DNA of 64,000 nt from a virus: the IMG/VR virus record IMGVR_UViG_3300037493_006316, positions 1 to 64,000 of that record; one strand, written 5' to 3'. Shown here piece after piece: positions 9,030 to 18,189 of this stretch. The first letter of the stretch is position 1. Every line of letters begins with the position of its first letter. The notes below the pieces were generated by a model. That model was given only the letters and a program-made list of their open reading frames with translations, did not search any database and had not been told where the DNA came from. The translations under genes and the position numbers were made by a program.

Positions 9030-9058
9030 ACCGTATCCGGGGGAGTAGCAACGGGCAA
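9030..9058 (-). promoter_or_regulatory. Repeated early promoter copy 3 (TTGCCC-17-TACGGT)
   Basis: Minus strand TTGCCC gttgctactcccccgga TACGGT. Confidence 0.65.
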
Positions 9059-9108
9059 GGCCGACCCGCGATCTTTTTTGCACGACCGCGGGACGGCTCA
9101 TGAGCGCG

Positions 9109-9747
9109 TTACTCTCGGCGTTCGCCCTTGATGCGCCACGCGGGCAGGGCGTCGAGCAGCGTGGGCCCAGCTCGACGCGTGCGCGCCGGCCGGCGCCAGA
9201 CGCACCAGGCCGAGCCGCAGTTGTCGCTCACCTTGGCGCCCGGGGTGCCGTCCTTCTTGAGCTTGCGGTGCAGCTCGCCGCCGGGCCCGTCCCACACGGG
9301 GCGCAGGTCGCTGACGTAGATCGCGCAGGGCGGGTCTTCGCCGCTCATGAGCTGCTCGATGGTCGTCGCCCGCAGCAGCAGGCCGAGCACCTCGGCGCCG
9401 GTCCGGTCCTGCAGGGCGCGGTGCTGAGCGATCACCTGGTAGATGTTCCGATAGGCCGGGTTGGTGGCGATCAACGTGCGGCCGACGCAGTCGGGGTGCC
9501 AGTCGTCGACGCGCGAGTTGTGGACCTGGATCGGGCGCGGGTGGGAGAGGTTGAGTGCGCCGCGGTTGTCGATGTCGCAGCCCTCGAGGTGATGCGGCAG
9601 CCACCGCTCCTTCGCGGCGCGCAGGAAGCTGGCCCCGCCTGCCATCGGCTCGAGCACGGTGTTGAAGACGCCGGGCAGCACCGACAGGCAGGCATCGGCG
9701 AGGGCGGCGGGGGTGTAGTAGGCGTCAAAGGGGTCGCGGTCGGCCAT
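9109..9747 (-). CDS. Phage DNA amino-methyltransferase (N6-adenine type)
   Basis: DAYYTP, VLEPMAGGASF (SAM-binding motif I), ATNPAY (NPPY-like motif IV). Confidence 0.75.
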   Translation of the reverse strand: MADRDPFDAYYTPAALADACLSVLPGVFNTVLEPMAGGASFLRAAKERWLPHHLEGCDIDNRGALNLSHPRPIQVHNSRVDDWHPDCVGRTLIATNPAYRNIYQVIAQHRALQDRTGAEVLGLLLRATTIEQLMSGEDPPCAIYVSDLRPVWDGPGGELHRKLKKDGTPGAKVSDNCGSAWCVWRRPARTRRAGPTLLDALPAWRIKGERRE

Positions 9748-9906
9748 TTTCTGTCCTCGTGTGTGCTATGTCAAGTGATTGATAATGCGCGGATCTAACC
9801 CCGCGCGAGGGGCTTTGTCTGGTTGTCGCGATGCCGCTACACGCGACACGCGCACGCGAAAGCGCCGCCCGAACGGCGCCCCCGACGTGTTCGGCTGCGC
9901 AGGTGT

Positions 9907-10824
9907 TCAGCGCGGGAACGCAAGGTGCTCCACGCCGTCGAGGAGTCGACCTGTCTCCGCTCGTCCGCGGCGCTCCATCAGCTCTCCGTTGACGCGGACG
10001 CGGTCCCCTGTGGGCATTGCGTGGGGGTCAGCCGGGCCCCACTCCCCCCACTGCTTGAACAGGAAGGGCACCCCGGCAGTCGCCGCCTGGTCGCGCAGGC
10101 TGCGGGCCCAGTCTGGGTGCATCAGCCGCGGGTGCCGACCGGACTCACCGCCGACGATGACCCAGCCGATCCTGCGGAGCCAGCCGGCGCCGCCAACCTC
10201 AAGGCCGCACTCCCCGCACCTTGGCTGCAACGGCGGGTCGCACACGATGCTCGCGGTCGGATCGAACCCTCCCGCCTCGCAGCCCTCGCACCACAGCGGG
10301 CTCAGGTCCACCGCACCCAGCAGCGGCTCGCAGCTGACGAAGCGCACCCGCGCGGGCACGGCGAGCAGGTACGGCACGCGCTCGTTGGCCACAGCCTGGT
10401 CTTCGACCGACGTGCCAGCCCAAGCGTTGTCGGGCCAGCCATGCTGACGGGCCCAGCTCGCCATCCGCGCCGGCCGCTTGGTGAGCAGCAGCCAGTCGAG
10501 CTGGGGCGTCTCAGCGATGAGCGCCCACAGCCTGATCCGCAGCGGATCAAGGTCGGCGCGGTCCTCGAACACATCGGCCACCGACGCGCAGAACACCCGC
10601 CGACGCACGCCCTCCTTCGCCGCGGCCTTGGCCCACCGCAGCGGCTCCTTCCAGTAGGCCTCGCTGGCCGGGACGCGCTCGGCCTCCGGGCCCCATTCGG
10701 CACCCCGGCGCATGTGGGGTGGCAGAGTCGCGGCGTAGCAGTGCCTGCAGCCCGCTGACACCTTCGCGCACCCGGACCACGGGTTGAAGGTGTAGTCCGT
10801 CCATTCGATCTTGCTCTTCGCCAT
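9907..10824 (-). CDS. DUF5131 / phage Gp37-Gp68 family (radical-SAM-like) protein
   Basis: SKIEWTDYTFNPWSGCAKVSAGCRHCYA, LLLTKRP, RFVSCEPLL, WVIVGGESG, FLFKQWG. Confidence 0.9.
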   Translation of the reverse strand: MAKSKIEWTDYTFNPWSGCAKVSAGCRHCYAATLPPHMRRGAEWGPEAERVPASEAYWKEPLRWAKAAAKEGVRRRVFCASVADVFEDRADLDPLRIRLWALIAETPQLDWLLLTKRPARMASWARQHGWPDNAWAGTSVEDQAVANERVPYLLAVPARVRFVSCEPLLGAVDLSPLWCEGCEAGGFDPTASIVCDPPLQPRCGECGLEVGGAGWLRRIGWVIVGGESGRHPRLMHPDWARSLRDQAATAGVPFLFKQWGEWGPADPHAMPTGDRVRVNGELMERRGRAETGRLLDGVEHLAFPR

Positions 10825-10844
10825 GCGCTCTCCGTTGGGATCGG

Positions 10845-12152
10845 TCAGGCCGCAGCCTGACGGGGGTGGGGCAGGTTGGCGCGGACGAGCGCCTCTGCCA
10901 CGGGCGGGCAGACGCTGTTGCCGATCCGCGCGACCTGCGAGCTCTTGGTGCCGGTGAGGATGTAGTCCTCCCCGAACCCCTGAGCGCGGGCGAGCTCTCG
11001 CGGCTGCAGCATGCGCATGCCGATGTCGGTGATGACGTGGGGCTCGCCGTTGACGTGCACGACGACGAGCCCGAAACGGTCCTTGGTCACAACCGCGGGC
11101 AGGGGCCCGTCCGGCCGATGCCCAATGGCCGTGCCGTAGTAGGCCGTCAGGAAGGCGTACACGAGGCCCGTGTGCCCGCCGCCGCGGCCGCCGCCGGTGG
11201 TGACGGTTGGCATGGGTTCGGTGAGCGCTTGTCCCGCGCGGGCGGAGCCGTACAACTTGTCGAGGAAGGCCACCACGAGGCTGTGATGGTCGACCGCCGT
11301 GACCGCGCCAAGCGGCCGGTCAGCCGGATGACCGACCACGCCGTTGCCGTAGTGCTTCGCGATCCAGGCCGCGCCCACAGGCGCAATGAACGGCGCAGGC
11401 GCCTCCACCACGAACCTGCGCACGCCCTCAGCGATCCGTCGCAGCGTCGCCTCGGCCAAAGGCTTGTCGCGCTCGAAGATGCTCGGGCAGGGCAAGCTCC
11501 AGTCGATGCACTCCGCGGCGGTCCGCCACGGCAGCGGGCGCCCCGGGCCGTGGGTCGGCGCGGGCCACACAGGCGCGCGGTCCAGCGTCGCGACCACGTA
11601 GACCCGGCGGCGGGTCGTCGGCGCGCCGTAGTCCGCAGCGACCAGCACGCGGTACTCGACGACGTAGCCGGCGCCCTCGAGCGCGCAGACCCAAGCAGCG
11701 AACGTCTCGCCGGCCCGCTCGCGAATCGGCTCGCCGTCGTCGCCCAGGGGGCCCCACGTCAAGAACTCGGGCACGTTCTCGACGATGATGCACCGCGGCC
11801 GGGCGTCCCGGGCCCAGTCGACCACGACCCAGGCCAGCGACCGCTGTTGCTCCGACTTCGGGGCGCGGCCGCGGGCTCGCGAGAAGTGGGTGCACTGCGG
11901 CGAGGCCCACAGCAGGTCCGGCCGGCGGCCGCGCGAGCCCACCCCGGGCGAGACCTTGAACACGTCCTCGCGGAAGTGCATGGTCTCGGGGTGGTTCGCG
12001 GCGTGCATGCGGATCGCGTCGTCGTCGTGATTGACAGCGACCACGGGGTGAAAGCCGGTGGCGCGGCGCATGCCCTCCGAGGCGCCGCCACCGCCGGCGA
12101 AGAGGTCGACGCACACCGGACCGTCCAGGCGGCCGAAGAGGCTGACGGTCAA
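10845..12152 (-). CDS. DNA (cytosine-5) methyltransferase
   Basis: VDLFAGGGG, WASPQCTHFS (catalytic PC-like), IVENVPEF, RRRVY, GNSVCPP; TTG start overlaps the upstream stop. Confidence 0.9.
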   Translation of the reverse strand: MTVSLFGRLDGPVCVDLFAGGGGASEGMRRATGFHPVVAVNHDDDAIRMHAANHPETMHFREDVFKVSPGVGSRGRRPDLLWASPQCTHFSRARGRAPKSEQQRSLAWVVVDWARDARPRCIIVENVPEFLTWGPLGDDGEPIRERAGETFAAWVCALEGAGYVVEYRVLVAADYGAPTTRRRVYVVATLDRAPVWPAPTHGPGRPLPWRTAAECIDWSLPCPSIFERDKPLAEATLRRIAEGVRRFVVEAPAPFIAPVGAAWIAKHYGNGVVGHPADRPLGAVTAVDHHSLVVAFLDKLYGSARAGQALTEPMPTVTTGGGRGGGHTGLVYAFLTAYYGTAIGHRPDGPLPAVVTKDRFGLVVVHVNGEPHVITDIGMRMLQPRELARAQGFGEDYILTGTKSSQVARIGNSVCPPVAEALVRANLPHPRQAAA

Positions 12153-12640
12153 GGCGTCACCCCGAGCACCGCCACCGACGGCAGCCGGGCCAGCGACCAG
12201 ACGTGGTCGTCGCGGTGCACCTGGTAGCTCAGGCCACCCTGGCTCAGTGTGCCCGTGCAGCGGCCCGTGCGTTCGATCCAGCCGCCCCACCACTCCCTCG
12301 ACTGGCCAGGGCGCAGGCGGTCCAGCGCCTCGGCTGTGGCGCCGTCCAGGGCCGCCCAGGGCCCGCCGTGGCGAGGGTCGTTGTCGACCCCCGGCAAGGG
12401 CGTGCCGCCCAGCTCGCGAGCAGGGCCATCGCACAGCGCCGCGGGTCGGGCCGGCCGGGTGACCAGCACGATCCAGCGCCCCCACACAAACCAGCGCCGC
12501 AGCGTGGCCATCGTGTGCAGGTCGTCAATGTCGACCGTCGACCACGGCCACCGATGGTGACCCAGGCTCACGGCCGAGCGGCCGACGTGCATACGGAACA
12601 CCCAGCCAAAGCGGTCGCGCCAGAGCCTCGCGCCGATCAC
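12149..12640 (-). CDS. Hypothetical protein
   Basis: Start and stop overlap both neighbours. Confidence 0.45.
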   Translation of the reverse strand: MIGARLWRDRFGWVFRMHVGRSAVSLGHHRWPWSTVDIDDLHTMATLRRWFVWGRWIVLVTRPARPAALCDGPARELGGTPLPGVDNDPRHGGPWAALDGATAEALDRLRPGQSREWWGGWIERTGRCTGTLSQGGLSYQVHRDDHVWSLARLPSVAVLGVTP

Positions 12641-13224
12641 TGGTCACCATCCTTGATGCCGCACCAGTCGCGCCACTGCGCGACCGTGGCCTCGGCCGCC
12701 GCCTTGGCGACATCGTCGGGGATCTGCAGCTCCGGGTGCGCGCTCGCAGCGAGACGCAGGCGGTACTGCGCGGTCGCGGGCCCCTCGAACCGCCACGGCA
12801 GGACGGCCAAGAGCCGCCCGACCACGGTGTCGTGGTCCGCTTGCGACTTCATCCACCGATGGAAGCCCAGCGAGCCCTGGGCGCGGGTGGCGGCGATCTC
12901 CGCCGGCGTTGGGGGCGCGGCGAGCTCCAGATGAAACCGCGGCGCCGGCAACGGCACCGGCGCCGCGAACTCTGCCGGAGCGGGCCCGACCGCAGGAGCG
13001 TCGACAGCCTCGGCCACAGACCGCCGGGGGCGCTTCCGGCCCTTCATGCGCTCGATGTACGCCGCTCGAGCCGGCGTCATCCATGGCTTGGCCGGGTTGG
13101 CCTCGGCGCGACGCTTGCCCTCGGCGATGGCCGCCTTGTGCTCCGGGGTGTGCTTGCGGCCCTTGCGGGTCTCGCTCATCTTCGCCCGGGTCTCCGGGCT
13201 GTGCCTTGCAGGGCCGCGCCTCAT
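12637..13224 (-). CDS. NUMOD3-motif DNA-binding protein
   Basis: HSPETRAKMSETRKGRKHTPEHKAAIAE tandem NUMOD3-like motifs; no nuclease domain seen. Confidence 0.65.
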   Translation of the reverse strand: MRRGPARHSPETRAKMSETRKGRKHTPEHKAAIAEGKRRAEANPAKPWMTPARAAYIERMKGRKRPRRSVAEAVDAPAVGPAPAEFAAPVPLPAPRFHLELAAPPTPAEIAATRAQGSLGFHRWMKSQADHDTVVGRLLAVLPWRFEGPATAQYRLRLAASAHPELQIPDDVAKAAAEATVAQWRDWCGIKDGDQ

Positions 13225-13608
13225 GACCGCTCCGCCTCGAGCTGCAGGCGCAGCATGCGCACCTCCGCCTCCAGCTCGCTGTTGCGGTCGACAAGCGCAG
13301 CGACCGCGCCCAGCAGCGTTTCGAGCGCCTTGCGGGCGCCGGGCGCCGCGGCCTCCAGGTACTGCGCCAAGTAGGCGCAGGCGTAGTCGAGGTTCATCGG
13401 GCCTCCATGAGGATGGTGGGCGCCCGCAGGCGCCGTTGGGTGTTCGCGCGGCGCCGCACCTGCCGCCAGCGGCGGTAGATGTCGGGCGCCATCGCTGGGT
13501 TGGAGCGCGCCTCGGCGGCCAGTGCGCGCTGCACTGGCCCAAAGCTCTCGCGCTCCATTTCGTCGATCAGGTCCACATTGTCTCCAGGTTGGATGGTGCG
13601 CAGCCGGG

Positions 13609-13637
13609 TGCGTATCCGGGCGAGTAGCAACCTACAG
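13609..13637 (-). promoter_or_regulatory. Repeated early promoter copy 4 (weak -35)
   Basis: Minus strand CTGTAG gttgctactcgcccgga TACGCA; same spacer motif. Confidence 0.55.
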
Positions 13638-14462
13638 CGAGCGCAGCAGCGCCGCAAGCGCGCGCATGGCCTCCAACCGCCCCGGGCCCTCGGGCTCACG
13701 GTCAGCGCCAGCGGCGAGGAGGCGCGCCGCAGACGCGACAGGGCGGGTCGACGCGACGAAGCGGTCAACCGAGCCGACCGCCGCCGTTGTGATCGACTTC
13801 GGCCCTGAGCGCAACAGGCGCCTCAGTGCTTCGACGCCCTGGCTGGTCAGGGCGCGGACCTGCTCTTCGGCAGCCTCGGCTCGCTTCGTGGCCTCGGCCA
13901 GCTCGGCCCGGGTCTCGTCGAGCAGGGCCTGGGCGCGACGGTTGGCGGCCGGGGCCGACTGCTTGGCGATCTGGCTGCGCAGGCTCGCGCCCTCGGCGCG
14001 CAGCTGCTTGATGCTGCGCTCGGCATCGTTGAGGCTCTCCCGGGTCGAGAGCAGCGAGGCGCGGAGCCCGGCGATCTCGGCAGAGGTCTGGGCCTCCGCG
14101 CTCGGGGCGGCCTCGAGCTCTGCCACGCGGGCGGTCAGCTCGAAGATCCTCCGCTCAAGCGCCGCCGTGTCAGCCACAGCCGGCTGGCCCAGCAGAGCGG
14201 CCAGCTCGGCGTCGGCCCTGTCGAGCGCGGCGGACAGGCGCTGTACCTCTTGCTGCAGGCCCTCGGTCTCGGCTGCGTGCGCGGCCTGATCGGCCTTGCG
14301 CGCTTGAGACGCGCCAGCCAGCGCTGTCTGCAGCAGGGCGCGCCCGCGCTCGGCCGCCTCAAGCCGGACCGCGAGCGAGCCCTGCACCTTGACGGCATCG
14401 CGGCCCACGGCGGCCTCCACCTCGCGCTCCTCCTCGGCGCGGCGCCGGGCGAGCGCGATCAC
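13632..14462 (-). CDS. Coiled-coil protein
   Basis: Ala/Glu/Leu/Arg heptad-rich; GTG start overlaps the upstream stop. Confidence 0.6.
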   Translation of the reverse strand: MIALARRRAEEEREVEAAVGRDAVKVQGSLAVRLEAAERGRALLQTALAGASQARKADQAAHAAETEGLQQEVQRLSAALDRADAELAALLGQPAVADTAALERRIFELTARVAELEAAPSAEAQTSAEIAGLRASLLSTRESLNDAERSIKQLRAEGASLRSQIAKQSAPAANRRAQALLDETRAELAEATKRAEAAEEQVRALTSQGVEALRRLLRSGPKSITTAAVGSVDRFVASTRPVASAARLLAAGADREPEGPGRLEAMRALAALLRSL

Positions 14463-15142
14463 GCGAGCCTCCCGCAGGCGCCCTGCATGCGGCACCGCTT
14501 GCAGGCGGAGGTCTCGTTGATCGGCGGCACGGGCGCCGCCCGGTCGCACTTCGCCTCGCGGGCGGAGGCGTCGGCGATGAGGCGCGCGTAGGCGGCCACG
14601 GCCACGTCGGCCGGAGCCGCCCAGTCGCTGAGGTCCACGAGGTAGCACTGGCGGGCCAGCACGCCTGGGGCAGCCTCGCGGACCACGGCGAGTTGCGCCG
14701 TCGCCGCGGTGATCTCCCGCTCGGACGTGGGCACGCGACCCACGCGGTAGAGCACCGCGTGCTCGCCCTTCTGGCCGCCCTGGTGCGACACGCGCAGCTG
14801 CGCGCGCACCGTCATCAGGCCGTCGACCGACGTGAACGACAGGCCCTCCACCTTGGCCCACGACCCCGCGGCGACGCCGCGGACGGCCCAGTGCTGGGCC
14901 CAGGCTGCGCTGACCCGGCTGGCGGTGAGGAGCGCGTCGGCGTCGATGGGGCCCTGCGCCAACAGGTGCTCGAGCACCACCTTGGGGCCCGAGGTCGACG
15001 GGTCGCGGTTGAGCTCGACGCAGGCGCGATCGACGGACCGCGCGAGGCGCAGGCCAAGGCCCTCGTCAGGGCCGTTGTCGGCCTTGTCGAGGAACAGGCG
15101 GACGGCGCGGGCGCAGTCCGGCAGCAGGAAGAGGTCACGCAT
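14459..15142 (-). CDS. Cas4/AddB-like PD-(D/E)XK-fold protein, catalytic residues apparently degenerate
   Basis: One N-terminal Cys (PDCAR) plus C-terminal CKRCRMQGAC (CxxCx5C); LYRVG and QL occupy the usual DYKTG and QLxxY positions. Confidence 0.55.
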   Translation of the reverse strand: MRDLFLLPDCARAVRLFLDKADNGPDEGLGLRLARSVDRACVELNRDPSTSGPKVVLEHLLAQGPIDADALLTASRVSAAWAQHWAVRGVAAGSWAKVEGLSFTSVDGLMTVRAQLRVSHQGGQKGEHAVLYRVGRVPTSEREITAATAQLAVVREAAPGVLARQCYLVDLSDWAAPADVAVAAYARLIADASAREAKCDRAAPVPPINETSACKRCRMQGACGRLA

Positions 15143-15737
15143 CAGGGCTCCGGGGGATGGTGGGTGGCTGGAGGATCAGCGTGCTTCCGCCCCGCCAGCC
15201 GCGGGCGCGGAGGTGACACCGCAACAGGGTGCGGAGGTCTTCGAGGTTGGCGCCGCCGCGGCCCAGCAGTCGACCGACCTGCTTGTCAGAAACACCGACG
15301 CTGGCGCATACTTGGCCAGGCCGAAAGCGTTCATGCTCAGGCGGCAGGGCCCGAATCGTGACCTCGCCCTTGGCGACTGGGCCGCGGACAGCCAGGCCGA
15401 GGAAGTCGAGGCCCGACGCCACGGCATCGTCGAGGCCCAGCGGATCGACCCACCCAAGCGCGTCCGAGCCGCCGTCGCGGATGCTCAGCACGCTCTCGGG
15501 CCGCAGCCAGGGGGCGTCTTGCAGCAGACGGCGCGCGCCAGCGCCCGCCCACGCAAGGCGCCGCAGCGCCCCGGCGTTGACGCCGTTGTCACCCAACAGC
15601 GCGCCCACGGCGCTTGTGGGCACGGCCACGATCCAGCTTGAGCCGTCCCAGCGGACGGTGACGTGCTGGTGGTAGTGCGGCTCGGTGAGCGCGAGGACCA
15701 TGCCTCGCACCCACTCGGTCGCCGAGTCGACGGACAT
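15135..15737 (-). CDS. Tandem KH-domain (KhpA-like) RNA-binding protein
   Basis: Two GxxG loops: VGALLGDNGVNAGALRRL and VGRLLGRGGANLEDLRTLL. Confidence 0.7.
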   Translation of the reverse strand: MSVDSATEWVRGMVLALTEPHYHQHVTVRWDGSSWIVAVPTSAVGALLGDNGVNAGALRRLAWAGAGARRLLQDAPWLRPESVLSIRDGGSDALGWVDPLGLDDAVASGLDFLGLAVRGPVAKGEVTIRALPPEHERFRPGQVCASVGVSDKQVGRLLGRGGANLEDLRTLLRCHLRARGWRGGSTLILQPPTIPRSPDA

Positions 15738-15781
15738 CTTGGCTCCCTGCGGGGTGGTGGTGCTCCGTGGTAGCACGATAG

Positions 15782-15797
15782 GCGCCAAACCGCTACA
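15782..15797 (-). promoter_or_regulatory. TGTAGCGGTTT(G/C)GCGC motif in the divergent control region
   Basis: 15 of 16 nt match the copies at 16150 and 24417. Confidence 0.55.
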
Positions 15798-15805
15798 GGG
15801 CACCC

Positions 15806-16204
15806 ATGCGTCTCACCCCGACACCCCTTGGTCGACTCATTCGCGAGCGTCGCGCCGCGATGGGCCTGTCTTTGCCCGCCCTGGCGCGCGCCGTCGGCGT
15901 CACCCCGGTCGGGATCGGCGACATCGAGCGGGGCAAGCGGTTCTCGCTCGGTGAGAGCTACTGGCCGGCGCTCGCCTCGGCGCTCGGGGTGGACCTCGAG
16001 GTCGTCGCCGCAGCGGTCGACGCTGACCGTGTTGTAGTCCTTGCGCCGGCCCGGTTCTCCACCGATCACCAGCGCCGGGCCGCGGCCGCGCTTGCCGACC
16101 TCTGTGAGAGCGTGCACCTGCTCAGCGACCCCGAGGCAGCCGCGCTGGCTGTAGCGGTTTCGCGCTTGCACGTTGCCGGTTTCCCGGATACGGATCGGGC
16201 ATGA
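15806..16204 (+). CDS. XRE-family HTH transcriptional regulator
   Basis: LGRLIRERRAAMGLSLPALARAVGVTPVGIGDIERGKR. Confidence 0.85.
   Translation: MRLTPTPLGRLIRERRAAMGLSLPALARAVGVTPVGIGDIERGKRFSLGESYWPALASALGVDLEVVAAAVDADRVVVLAPARFSTDHQRRAAAALADLCESVHLLSDPEAAALAVAVSRLHVAGFPDTDRA
16150..16194 (+). promoter_or_regulatory. Rightward promoter (TTGCAC-17-TACGGA) with upstream repeated motif
   Basis: tgtagcggtttcgcgc TTGCAC gttgccggtttcccgga TACGGA; spacer resembles the leftward copies. Confidence 0.6.
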
Positions 16205-16767
16205 ACACCTTCCGCCTCACCCCCGCCGAGCAGTGGCGGCCCGAGCACGACGCCTACATGGCCGACATGCGCGTCCGTGCGGGCGTGCTTGTGTCGATGC
16301 TGCTCGTGCGGGTCAAGAACCCGCGCGTGGACAACATCCAGCGTGAGGAGATCCGCCGAGAGCTTCTCGAGCCGATGGCGGCCTTCCGTGACGGCGGGCG
16401 CCCGCTGACCTGGGCGCACGTGCGGCGCCTCGACACGCTGGGCCACCAAGGGTGGTCAAGCCCCATCGGCGGCCGCTACCTGCTCACGGGTGAGGGGCAG
16501 GCCTTCGACAGCACTCTCGGAGAGCCCGCCGGCGAGCGGATGCAACTCTTCGAGATCGTCCGGTCGGCCCTGCGGGAGGCCATGACCGGCGAGGGTTGCG
16601 GGATCAGCCTCGTCGCCGGCGAGGTCCACGCCGCCGGCCTTCCGCTCCACAAGAGCCAGCTCAGCCGGGTGCTGAGCGGGCGACAGCTTCGCTTTCCCAT
16701 CGAGCTGTTCGATGGGATCTTCCGGGCCTGCGGGCAGTCGTTGCCGTGGGCGCTCACAGCGGCGTAA
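16201..16767 (+). CDS. Putative DNA-binding protein with C-terminal HTH
   Basis: LHKSQLSRVLSGR HTH-like segment; ATGA-coupled to the XRE gene. Confidence 0.55.
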   Translation: MNTFRLTPAEQWRPEHDAYMADMRVRAGVLVSMLLVRVKNPRVDNIQREEIRRELLEPMAAFRDGGRPLTWAHVRRLDTLGHQGWSSPIGGRYLLTGEGQAFDSTLGEPAGERMQLFEIVRSALREAMTGEGCGISLVAGEVHAAGLPLHKSQLSRVLSGRQLRFPIELFDGIFRACGQSLPWALTAA

Positions 16768-16794
16768 GGCCGCCACCAACCACAAGGAGCTCCG

Positions 16795-18189
16795 ATGTCT
16801 CTTCCCAAGGCCGCCCAGGCCGAACTCAACGCGGCCGCCCGCCTCGGCGCGAAGGCGCTCATGGCCGCCGCTGACAAGATCGCCCCCGGCAACGTCGCGG
16901 GCCTGCTCGCCGAGCAGCTCGTGTCGCTGCGGCGGACCGACGTCGCCGTGATCGGCGACCAAGAGGCCTTTGTCCGTCGCACGGAGGACGGCAGTCTCAA
17001 GCAGGTCATCCGGCCGGTCAAGCTGACGGTCGCCAAGGGCGACCTCTTCCAGATCCCCAAGAACACCCCGGTCGACGTCCGCACTGGCGAAGTCGTGGCC
17101 CAGCTCAAGGGCCACCGCGGGGACGTTCGGTGGGAGAAGCGCCCGATCGACCCCAAGCGGGCCGCCCTGACGGTCCAGGGCATGCAGGCCATCAACTCTG
17201 TTGCGGGCGTCGCCGTGGCCACGCCCCCGACCGTCCTGGTGGACGGGGTTGTCCGCTCGAACCCCTACGTCGAGCGCAGCGAGGGCCGCAACGGTCGCCC
17301 CGGCGACATCGTCCGCATCGTGCAGAGCTGCGTGATCATCGGCCCGGTGCCCGCCACGGGCAACCCCGTGGCCGTCAACTACACCCTCGAGTACTCCCCG
17401 GAGCGGGAGCTGTTGGCCATGGCGGCCAACCTGCTCGGCCGCCAGAAGGGCGACGAGGACTACATCCGGCTCACCACCGACGTGGCCTTCGATGCCGCGA
17501 AGCTGGCCGGCTGGTCGTTCATTCCGATGTACGGCGGCCTCGGGTACGCCGTCAACTTCCGCAACAAGGCCGTGCAGGCCATGTACAGCGACTTCGTCAA
17601 CATGTTGACGAACGCGCCCAAGAAGGCACAGACGGTGTGCATGCGCAACGCCATGCGGCGGCACCCGGCGCTCGGCGCCTACCAGTCCGTCGCGGTCAAC
17701 GACGCGGGCGAGGCCACCGTGCCCGTCGTCGGCTGGGCTGGCAGCGGCGACACCCTGCGGCGCTACCAGAGCCTTGCCGGCCACATCGGCGCCGGCGCGA
17801 ACATGGGCGACCTGCAGCGCGCAGGCTTGCTGATCAGCGTGAACGAGATCGAGGAGTCCTTCGACCCCGCGGCTGAGACATCGCGGGAGCTCGAGACCAT
17901 TGACGTCGAGGCCGGCGAAGCCGCGGCTGTGTCGACCGCGGCCGTCGACCGTCGCGACGTGCTGATCGGCGACCTGTACGCGCTGGGCGGCGAGTACGCC
18001 CCGCTGGCCGCCAAGCTCGGGCTCAACCTCGACGAGGTGGCCCAGGGCGACCTCGGCATCCTTGAGCGCGCGGTGAACGACCTGCGCGAGGCCATTGTCG
18101 AGGCGGACAGCCGCCAGCCGGTGGCCTTCTCGAACGATGACGACCAGGACTACGGTGGGGACGACCCCACCGGTGAGGAGCAGGCATGA
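16795..18189 (+). CDS. Putative single-strand annealing / recombination protein (distant RecT-like)
   Basis: AAGGAG RBS; LTVQGMQAIN and KKAQTVCMRNAMRRHP motifs; acidic tail; precedes the Rad50-like ATPase. Confidence 0.4.
   Translation: MSLPKAAQAELNAAARLGAKALMAAADKIAPGNVAGLLAEQLVSLRRTDVAVIGDQEAFVRRTEDGSLKQVIRPVKLTVAKGDLFQIPKNTPVDVRTGEVVAQLKGHRGDVRWEKRPIDPKRAALTVQGMQAINSVAGVAVATPPTVLVDGVVRSNPYVERSEGRNGRPGDIVRIVQSCVIIGPVPATGNPVAVNYTLEYSPERELLAMAANLLGRQKGDEDYIRLTTDVAFDAAKLAGWSFIPMYGGLGYAVNFRNKAVQAMYSDFVNMLTNAPKKAQTVCMRNAMRRHPALGAYQSVAVNDAGEATVPVVGWAGSGDTLRRYQSLAGHIGAGANMGDLQRAGLLISVNEIEESFDPAAETSRELETIDVEAGEAAAVSTAAVDRRDVLIGDLYALGGEYAPLAAKLGLNLDEVAQGDLGILERAVNDLREAIVEADSRQPVAFSNDDDQDYGGDDPTGEEQA

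Noticed and set aside
12637-13224. Homing endonuclease
   Set aside because: NUMOD3-like motifs are present but no HNH or GIY-YIG motif was found.
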